DNA from: Paraspadella gotoi
Taxonomy: Eukaryota; Animalia; Chaetognatha
Direction: 5' to 3'
Assembly: GCA_051294375.1 (NCBI GenBank)
Contig: CM119268.1
Span: forward strand, 8,175,002-8,239,001
DNA: 64,000 nucleotides
How positions within the stretch are numbered: position 1 is the stretch's first letter; each line of letters opens with the position of its first letter. Positions 10,801 to 20,212 of this stretch are shown piece after piece. The translations under genes and the position numbers were made by a program. The notes beneath the pieces were generated by a model. It worked only from the letters and a program-made list of their open reading frames with translations. It did not search any database and had not been told where the DNA came from.

Positions 10801-13800
10801 GAATTTGACGCTTTTTTGGAGAGAATCAAGGACGACGTGCTGACGACCGTGCGGACGTCGGAGGACAACGCCGTGGGTGGGTGGACAAGATATGGGTGGT
10901 CGTGGGTGGAACGGGTCGTGGGTGGGAGGATATGGAAGCGGGCCGTTTGGTATTTTAGTTCGAGGGTGGCTTGAAGTTACTCCCGACAATTTACAAATTA
11001 TTCGTCGATTTTTAGCGAGTCTTATATTATTATATTATTATATTATTATTATAATTTGGATGTTTTCTCATCGTCGCCCGGGAAAATTTCAGTGTTGCTT
11101 CTCCTTGTAACTAATAGAAAAAAAAAAAGATTCTCATTTGGTAATTCGTTAGGACATTGTATTTATCTTAAGTTCCAAGGATTTTAATCGTTTAATTAAT
11201 TTTAATAACACTTTTCTTCAGAGGAAGAGGATGAAGATTTGAACGGTAAGAGAAATGACAAAAAAAAAATTAATCTTAATTTTTCGGCCAAATGGCCTCT
11301 TCAACTTTGCATGGTATATATTAAATAAAACGCATGCCCGATAACTGGTAACCTCTTATTGCTAAACTATTTTTTAGTCGTTACTTAGCAATTTAGTTTG
11401 GCTTACGCGGTTGCACTACTGGGCTGAAAAAAAAGGGTTGTATATAATTTATAAACATAAATATAAGATAAGTTAGAATATCAATTATATCCAGGCGGAA
11501 TTCAGTCGATCGCTTCTTTGACGAGCATAGCGGAAGATTCGGCCGATCGTCAAAGGATGAAAAGAGAAGAGCAACAAAAATTTACGGGTGATTGTTTAGC
11601 TTGACTGCTTCAATCGACAGTTCCACGTTTCTTTCTATTTCTTTTTCTGTCTGCCAGATTCTCAAAAAGAAATGTTTCTCCAGCAAAAGCAGTTCAGGTC
11701 TCATATGGACAGAATCTTGAGAGAGCTTCAGCTGTTGAGGCAGCAAAAAGAAGCCGTGCAGGTAAATACTGCAAGTACTATATAAAATAAGTTTTTAATG
11801 AAAAGATTATAGTAACAATTGAAACTGTTTTGCTAGGCGATCAACCTACCCCCGTCGGTCTATCTCCTTTTAATACTGTAAAAGTATAATTTTAAAATTC
11901 ATTTAAACAATTCTACTGACATTTTAATCTAACGCCGCGACAAGACAATTTTCTGTCAACTTTCTAAAGGATCAGCTCCAAGCGATGGAACGGGCGCGGC
12001 AGCAGCGCAAGACGACGACGCCGGGGATGGAGCCGGGCGTCGACGCCGACGCGGGCGGTGAGAATCGCGAGGCGCCGGCGACGAGAGATGGCGCCGGTGA
12101 GGGAGAAGAAGAAGACGACGACGACGAAGACTTCATGTCGATGGATCCTTTTGTGCCGCAGGCGAGGAGGGGAGGAGGGGAGTGGGAGGAGGAAAGGGTG
12201 GAGGAAAAATAGGGTGGGGGAAAAAGAGGGAGTAAATGGAGGTGGAAAAGTTAGTGGGGGAGAAATGTAAAGAGAAAATAGAGAAGAGAACGAGAGAAAA
12301 GTCGGGCGAATAGAACTGGGAGAAAGGGAAGACGAAAAAAAAATGAAGAGAGAGAAAAGAAGGAAAAAGGAGGAAGAAAATAAAGAGAGTTGAGAATAAA
12401 TGAGAGAGAGACTAACTGTTAGAGGCAGAATTCTGTAAAATATTAAAATATTAAAATAACTAGGAGAAAATTAGGATAAAAGAGAGGATATAAGAACTCC
12501 TTACCCTATCTTTTATCCTTAATAAGGAGTATAGATCTGGAAAAAACCAAGCATCGTAAACAAACTGTATCACTGACCTTTTTCAGTCTTAACTTCCAAA
12601 CTCTCTTCTTTTCAGGAACAAATCCTGAACCGCTACGCCGTGATGGTCTACACATCCAAGAACAACGCGAAAACTTGGGAAGAGACGAAGTTCGGGAAAT
12701 TCTGTTCTTCTTGCGGAGTCAAGACGATCGTCTGTCCGCACAAGGTCGTCGCGAGGGACAGAGTCTTTCCCATCGCCAAAAACTCGACGCACATCCGGTT
12801 TTCGCGGCCCAAGGTCGGAGAAGATTATAGAGGGAGTATGGCTTTAGACGGCGTGGCGACCCTGCTTCCGTTGTTTTTGCATTTGAAGTTTGGAGAGATG
12901 TGTTGATACCGTCTCGTCGGATGGGTTATTGTTGTGAACATCGTGATTCTAGCCGTCTTACAAAGAATTAATTTTTTTTAAACCATTTTGTTTTTTTCGC
13001 TCCATCCAACTTTAGTTTTTTTCCCTATTAATTAATTTACCTTATGGTCTCCCACCAAAACCAAAACCAGGTTCAGATCAACAAAGACCTGGTCACCAAG
13101 GTGATGGACGAGCACGGCATCAGCCCCGGGATAGGGCGGATGGCGCTGACGCCCGGAAGTCTCAGCGCGGCGCCAAAGACTTGGAGGAAGACGCGTTCGG
13201 CCTTTTGGGTGAAACCGATGCTCAACTTGGGGACGGATTCTCATCTCGTACAACCGCTGACGAAGGTCAGTTTGTCTGTACATTAAATTGAATGATTTAT
13301 TGTGTTGTTGTATTAATGATATACTGATTAATTTAATTGATTGAATAATATGACTAATTTGATCGATTGATCATATTTGATTGGATTCAATACCTTTTGG
13401 TCTTATATTTATTAGGCTTATCGATTTAAAATTAAACTGAGAATTGTATCCACAACATCCTCCTTTTTTTTCGTTCGCAACTCTCAGGTTTTCGACGACT
13501 TCAAGAAACGAACGGGAAACGAGGATCGAAAGGTCCCTCGATATCTGGAATCGGATCACGTGATTTCTCTCATGGAACAATTTTGGGCTTACATCATTTG
13601 GCAGGTAGGGAGAAGAATCAAAGTCAACTTGCATTGTCTCTCTGGTAAATTACTTTTTTAGGTAATCCTTCAACAATTAAAGATGTTAAACGTAAAAAAG
13701 CCAGAAACGGTTACAGTCGAAGCAGCAGCAAAGACAACAACAACAACTACAACAATCAACAAAAACATTACACGCCAACTCTCATCTTTGCAGGACGAGT

Positions 13801-15752
13801 TTTCCCTGGAGGACGAGAACGTCAACTCGTGCCTTGACAACCTCTACGCCTTCATGGGCGACCGGTATCTCGTCGACGACGTGAGAGACGCCGCTGCCTT
13901 CGATCTCCTCAACTCGGTCGTCGAGCGAGCCTCCCACCACCGCAGCCTCCAGTTCCTCGCACACATCTTCTGCGGGAATCTCGACGGCGCCGCGTTTAGG
14001 TTTTTTTTTTTTTGGCGGGAAAGGTTTTTGGGGATTCTGATGTTGATGTTGCTGTAGTTAATATTTTTCATAGTTGCTTGTTGCTTGTTTTGTTTCCAAG
14101 GATCATCATCAGAACAGCAGAGTATAGAAGATAAAAAATAAATATTATTATTTACACTGTATTAATGAACGAAACTTTTCCGTAAACAAAAGGTACGCGT
14201 TGCTTCTGGGAGAATTCATCAACAGCGTCACTTGGACCGAAACAGAAGACTTTCGTCGCTTTTGCCGAATCGTCTACCCGTTCTTGGGTAAGAACATCGG
14301 GTCGTGTTCAGTTGAGAAAATGACTTGTGTACTAATTGTCCATTATTTTGATTTGTTTATACCAAATTAATTAAATTACGAAGATTTTTTTTGTTGGGAA
14401 TTCAGGGGAGGACGACTTGGAAAACCTGCACATGGGATTCATGTCGTTTTGCGAGAACAAAGTCGGGAAAATAATCGTCTGGGAATACATGATATACGTC
14501 GTTATCAAGTACAGAGAACCCAGGTTTCAGGTTCGTACATATAAGAGGGTTTTCGTGTTAGTTTTAACAAATATCCATGCATAAACCAAGAAATGAGACT
14601 TTCGCTAAGATATCAGACTTGAGTCAATCAGACAATTTTTTGACGTCGGGTTCCCTCTGGTTAAATACAATACGTGACCAAAAATAATAAGATATAAAGA
14701 TTATATCTGTTACGTATCTAAAAGGGTGTCCTTGATAATTGATATTTCTCCAAAACAAAAGAACTTAAATTACTTTTAAAAGCATCATTTAAAAAATATT
14801 AATTTTTTTTATCACGAAAAAGTTATCTTCTTTTTGATTCAACTATTTTTCACCAAAGATTTGTCGTATCGTTCTAATGCCGTACCGTACATTTGTCGTA
14901 TCTTTCTAATGCCGTACCGTACATTTGTGGTATCGTTCTAATGCCGAACCGAACAGGACATGGAAGCCAAATTGGTTCAACACGGAGGTCAACGCAAAGA
15001 GTCGATGACTGACACGGAATTCGCCGAAGCCATCGACCAACTCATTCCCCTCGCCAACGAGAAGCTGCGGAAGCGTCTCTTCATGGAGGCGCTGCTGTCG
15101 CTGCAGCAGCTGGAAGGAAAGGCTGCTGCTGGGGAGGAAGGAGGTGATTGGCGGAGGGGGAAATAAGGAAAGAGAAAAACAAACAAACAAACAAACGAAA
15201 ATAATGATTAAATCGATAAAAAAAATAACTTAATAACTGAATAAATAACTTAATAATTGAATAAATTAATAAATAACTAACTAAATAGATAACTAAATAT
15301 ACAAATAACTAAATAACTAAATAAATAACTAAATAAATAATAAATAAATAAATAAAAATAAATAAATAAGACGTTTTTAGGTATGAATTAAAATTGAATA
15401 GTATGGGAAATATTGAAAATTTCTAATCTCCCTTTTTCTCAGTCGGAGCTCGAACGTCTGGAACATTCCATCGTTTGGCTTCCGGTTCGATGGCGCAAAA
15501 TAAAACGACGACGACGACGACGACGACGAAGAGAGAGCGAAGCGGATGTCCGACCAGGAATTCCGGTGAGTTGATAAAATGAAAAGTAAGGATTAAGAAT
15601 TAAGAATTAAGAATTTTATTTATTTTCCGTTTGGTTTCTTTTTTCAGGTCGCGCCTCCGGCCAGGACGCGGGCCACAACGCCGCCACCGACGCGGTTCCG
15701 GTCATGAGATTGGCGCAAATCTCTTCCTTTCTCTCGCTGGCAAACGTTACTA

Positions 15753-15830
<78 letters not shown>

Positions 15831-15882
15831 ACATCTGAGAGAGAGAGATGTTGATTTCTAAAGCTCCTCTTCCTCCTCCAGC

Positions 15883-15981
<99 letters not shown>

Positions 15982-16376
15982 TATATATATATGTTGATTG
16001 CTAAAGGCTCCTCTTCCTCCTCCAGCGATCCGCGACACCATCGACGCCAACATCCGGGAGACTCGACTCTCCGGCGGAAGTAGGGCGACGACGGCGACGA
16101 CCGCGACGACGACGATCATGACGAAAGTGGGCAGATCTCTGCCCCGCTCCCCCTCCATCACGCCCTACAACAACAACGACGAGGTTGCATAGTATAGTAT
16201 TGTATATAGTATACAGTATCTTATTGTTTTCTCTTCATTAGGATGGGCAGGGCGACGAAGATCTCGTCTTCACTTATTCCTTTCTTCGTCAAATCGCCGC
16301 AAATTCCTCGCGACTCAAAAACGACGACAAAATCAGAAATTTGCTCAAGTCTGAGTCACGATCCGCGATTTTGTGA
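7888..16376 (+). CDS. 21-exon, ~1017-aa coiled-coil protein, TSNAXIP1 (translin-associated factor X-interacting protein 1)-like, probably ciliary; true start may lie further upstream
   Basis: Hand-spliced exons with consistent phases and no internal stop: 7888-8037, 8703-8894, 9235-9372, 9546-9701, 9760-9977, 10737-10876, 11222-11245, 11495-11587, 11658-11761, 11970-12161 (GC donor), 12616-12813, 13071-13265, 13488-13604, 13794-13999, 14193-14287, 14406-14530, 14957-15143, 15443-15565, 15648-15755, 16026-16183, 16242-16376 (TGA); total 3054 nt. AATAAA at 16439 and 16449. N-terminal VFKVLDEIIPHLGMYKKVMSLIRKEMVDAVYS plus coiled coil, and C-terminal FMGDRY...FDLLNSV...FLAHIFCGNLD, resemble TSNAXIP1 by eye. 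The gene model is strong; the family assignment is tentative. Confidence 0.85.
8060..8640 (+). repeat. Intronic minisatellite, ~47-48-bp unit x ~12
   Basis: The unit gagagaatcgagaagattgaaatgatctgaggcgaactgagggggact fills most of intron 1. Confidence 0.92.
10212..10733 (+). repeat. Polypyrimidine minisatellite with repeated CTAAC/CTGAC branch-point-like motifs
   Basis: Nearly pure C/T tract broken by tctaactccc/tctgactccc units; it ends at the acceptor AG at 10735-10736. Confidence 0.85.
14859..14950 (+). repeat. 32-bp tandem repeat x ~3 directly upstream of a splice acceptor
   Basis: atttgtcgtatcgttctaatgccgtaccgtac starts at 14859, 14891 and 14923. Confidence 0.9.
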
Positions 16377-16685
16377 ATTTTACGTGCGGTTAAACGTGTA
16401 TACCTTTTTGTACTGGATACCAAAATAATATTTGAAAAAATAAATGAAAATAAAAAATGAATATGAAAGATATTCAGACGACTGTAGGTCTACTACCTAT
16501 TAACTTTTTTTTGAAAAAGTTGTTTTTTTTTGTTTTCAAAGTTACCAAGAGTTGATAATAGTGAGCTTGCTCAAATCAACATGATTATCAACATTGAAGA
16601 AAGAGCAGTAGAATAGCATTTGATTTTCAATGTTAAATCCTGACCATACCTGGCACGGTCTTACCCCATGGTCAATAGTATTTTA

Positions 16686-17190
16686 CTATCTAGGAAAAAA
16701 GTATATCACATTTTTAATAAAGGATATCTACTCGAAAACTTGTTTGATTTAAAAAAAATCAGAATGTTTCCAAATTTACATTCAATTTCCTTTCAGTAGC
16801 TTCCTTCCATTTTTTTGTAGGTCAAATCGTTTAGAAGTTAGAGGCAAAAAAATATTGTTACTTCAAATGAAAAATATCGAAAAAAATCATATTTAATTTT
16901 CTACAATTTTTGATATTTAGTTATTTGTTTTTATTTCGAATATTATTATAGCTCTCAGAAAAGGGAAAGATGCGCAACATCAACATCGGGGCGAAAAAGA
17001 ATTGCGTTAAAGATGTGGAAAAATATTTTACTGTCATACCTCAATTTGCTGTATGAGAGCATGCCAAGATGAATGCAGGCAGTAGAAAATACCGAAGAAG
17101 GGCATACCAAATATTAAGAATGTTTTACCCATATTTTATATACTTTTTATTGAATAAATGAATTATGTGATATACTTTTTTCCTAGATAG
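16686..17190. mobile_element. MITE / non-autonomous DNA transposon, ~505 bp, 26-bp perfect TIRs, probable TA target duplication
   Basis: ctatctaggaaaaaagtatatcacat (16686-16711) and its exact reverse complement (17165-17190), flanked by tttTA and TAaaa; no coding capacity inside. Confidence 0.75.
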
Positions 17191-17383
17191 TAAAACGTAT
17201 ATTCCCGTAACTAGTTGTTAAATTAGGTTAGCGATTCAAAGTCACAAATTCCAAATTCTAAATTAAAAAAATGTAGCTATAAAAACATTCGTGAATGAAC
17301 ACTTTATATTAAAGCAGGATACAATGAATCATCTCTCCAATACATAAAAAAACACATTATTGCCGAAGTTTTAACTATATTAT

Positions 17384-19560
17384 TTATTTTTTCCGAACGA
17401 AGAGATACCAGGAAACCATCGCCATCGCCGCCACAGAAACCACAGCCGCCGCCACCGCGCCGCAGTTTCCCAGCGTACACGCCCCTTCTCGCCCCACTGT
17501 CTTTACGCCAAGCACGTCGCGTTCTAGATAAGCCTCGGTGGCGTCACGCCAAAACTCTGCCCCTTTGTATTTGACGAAGTCTGGATGAATGTTGCGAACG
17601 ACGCGGAGAAGCGTCTCGGCCTTTGATCGGGGGAAAGTTAGGAATTCCTATGTGGGGGGGAAGGGAAGAGTTGGGGGAGGAGATAAAGAAAGATAAAAAC
17701 TGATTTGCGGGAAAAACAAAAAGAGAAGTTCGATATCTTTCTTTCAATCGCCGAAACCTCACCTTGAGTCTAAATTGGTAAGTCCTGATCCCGAAGAGGA
17801 TCGCGCGGCTCCGCGGCAACTTTCGCAGCGTCTGATACTCGGCGCGGAAGACGAGCGCTTCGCCCGTGGCGGCGCCTTCGTAGCGCTGCACCGTCGACTG
17901 ACTGGCGTTGCGGTCCTCGTGACCCGTTGGCGTGTATAGGTCGAGCGGCCCGTCGAGGTCGTTGAAGACCGCCCAGTTGCCGCGGTAAACGGGGCCGTCG
18001 GGGCTCATCGCCTTGATCAGATTTGATTGATTGATTGATTGATTCCATCTACGATTGTTTAAATGATGCACAGAAAAAATAGATGCTTACTGCTTAGATC
18101 ACCGGAGTAAAAAGTATTCAGGAGGTACAGTGTTACACAAGTCGAGTGCTTGAATTTTTACTGATTGATTGATTGAATACTAATTGATTTATTGATTGAT
18201 TGATAAATTGTAATGTTGATTGTTTGATTTAATGATTTGATTGATTGAAATATATTCATGATGTCTCACTTTGAACAGATCCGCCACTTTCACCGCCAGG
18301 TGGTTGACGAATCCGTCCACCGGCTGGTGGATGCCCATCATGGGTTTGTTCCACTTTTCCCTCAACGACCACCGCATGGGAAAATAGAGCGCGGCTGCGG
18401 TGAGACAGTAGGCGCCTTCGCTCTCGTTCCACTCCATCACGCACCAATCTTCTTGGGTGAGACGAGCTGCGCGAAGGAGCGGGTCGATCTGATGGGCGGT
18501 CGTTGTCACAATCATTTTTATCATCACAATCGTCCTCATCGTCATTTTCATCACAATCATCGAGGTTGTTGTTGCAATTGCCGTCATCAAAGTTGTTCTC
18601 AGCGTTGATGGCCTCACAATCATTGTCATTGTGGATGTCTCAATCATCGTTATATATAAAATTCTCCTTGCAGTTCTTTCCATTTATGCCTTGTTTTAGA
18701 TTGCCACAGTCATTTTATCATAATCATTTTTGTATTATTCTCCCCTACTAACATTTCTCCACCCCTTTGTGAATTTCTTCCCTTTACCCAGTCTCTTTTC
18801 ACCTCCCCACTTCCAAATTTACCCACTACCCCCCCCCCTAAAAAACCACTCACACCTGCCCCTCTTCGTCTCCGACGCTGACGAACTCTTCCAACATCTT
18901 GTTGAAGACTCCGCCCGGTCGCGACTCGAACTTGTCTGGAAATCGTCGGGGCAGATAATCTACGAGGAGTTGGAGCGTCTCCAACTTGGCGTCGGCGGTG
19001 GAGGGAGCGTCGTTGGAGACGAAGAGGAGCGAAGGATCGAGGGTCGACTCGAGTCGCTCCTTCTCTCGCTGCTGCGAAGCGTAGGAGCGATCAATCTTGA
19101 CCCAGTCCTTCAGGTCGAGCTGGAGTAGGTGGGGGAGGTAGAAAGAATGATGGATAGAGCCTCATCAAAATCCAGCATGACAGAGACATATAAATTTAAA
19201 TTTACGTAGATTAACCATTGAAACGGTAAACGCCAGAGTTTTGCATTTCAAAACAAGAGAGCCAAAAATAAAAGAGTTTTCCCTTGATGTAAGTAAAAAT
19301 AGTAAGGAAAAAGTCAAAAGTTTTTAAAATTGGGCCAAGTTAATCGAAGATATGGACTGGGATCGACATAACTTTCAGATTCAAATGCACATTCATTCCA
19401 TAAAATTCTATAAAAAATATTTTTTTCGACACCTTACCTTTTGTGTCATCATCTTGACTCGACCAGGGATCTCCAGTTGGAACGTGCCAAGGTAAGGCAT
19501 CCCATCTTTGAAACTTTCCCACTCGAATCCAGATTCCACTTTTGAAACGTCGATCACCAT
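17384..19560 (-). CDS. DUF3445 / heme-dependent oxidative N-demethylase alpha-subunit-like protein, 372 aa, 5 exons, C-terminal transmembrane tail
   Basis: Exons 19560-19438, 19119-18856, 18488-18270, 18011-17763, 17647-17384 (TAA); all introns GT-AG, all phase 0, no stops. Family motifs in order: WVKIDRSY, YLPRRFPDKF, DPLLRAARLTQEDWCVM, YFPMRWSLREKWNKPMMGIHQPVDGF, YRGNWAV, FRAEYQTLRKLPRSRAILFGIRTY, YKG. The protein ends GAVAAAVVSVAAMAMVSWYLFVRKK*. Confidence 0.9.
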
Positions 19561-20047
19561 AGTTTATTATTTTCCGTTAGGTAATTTATCAAAAATTATC
19601 AATGAAATTTGTCATTATTGTAACTGAAGCTTAAAATAAATAACGAGATTTATTAAATTCGGCAATATAAAACCAAACTATAATTTTGGGTGAGTGAATT
19701 TTGATTTTCAAGTTGATAAAGAATTACAGAGGTAGAAATCTTTTGAAAAACAGATAAAAATTGTTGTTTTTTTTAAACCGCACATTGAGGAAATTTTCTT
19801 TCGGTAAAATTCAAAACTTTTTCACGCGAGAAAATCAAGATTTCAATTTTTGTTTTCTCTTTCAGTTTTGAGCGAATGAGAAACATAAACTGTGATAATG
19901 AGTCAGTAAGAAACTCGTCCTCGATTCAACTTTGTCTTCGGTTATAATTAAGTCGAAATTCGGAATTAAAATTTACGACACAGTTAAAAAAAAAAGAAAA
20001 TCCTTGAACGAGATTTAAAAACCAAATCATCTCCGAACCTCGGAGAA

Positions 20048-20212
20048 AAAAAGTTTATTAGTTTATTACGAATTACATAGTTGAAACCCGGCAGGCGATT
20101 CCAAAAAGTTTATTAGTTTATTACGAATTATATAGTTGAAACCCGGCAGGCGATTCCAAAAAGTTTATTAGTTTATTACGAATTACATAGTTCAAACCCG
20201 GCAGGCGATTCC
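20048..20212. repeat. 55-bp tandem repeat x3 (noisy re-copy at ~27675-27835)
   Basis: aaaaagtttattagtttattacgaattacatagttgaaacccggcaggcgattcc with period 55 (markers at 20081, 20136, 20191). Confidence 0.9.

Noticed and set aside
18489-18683. M/T/I-rich N-terminal extension in the 164-aa ORF 18683-18189
   Set aside because: Trinucleotide-repeat intron sequence that happens to be open; the spliced model supplies the real N-terminal family motifs.
17384-19560. DUF3445 gene as bacterial contamination
   Set aside because: It has four canonical spliceosomal introns with host-type microsatellites and is contiguous with an animal-type multi-exon gene.
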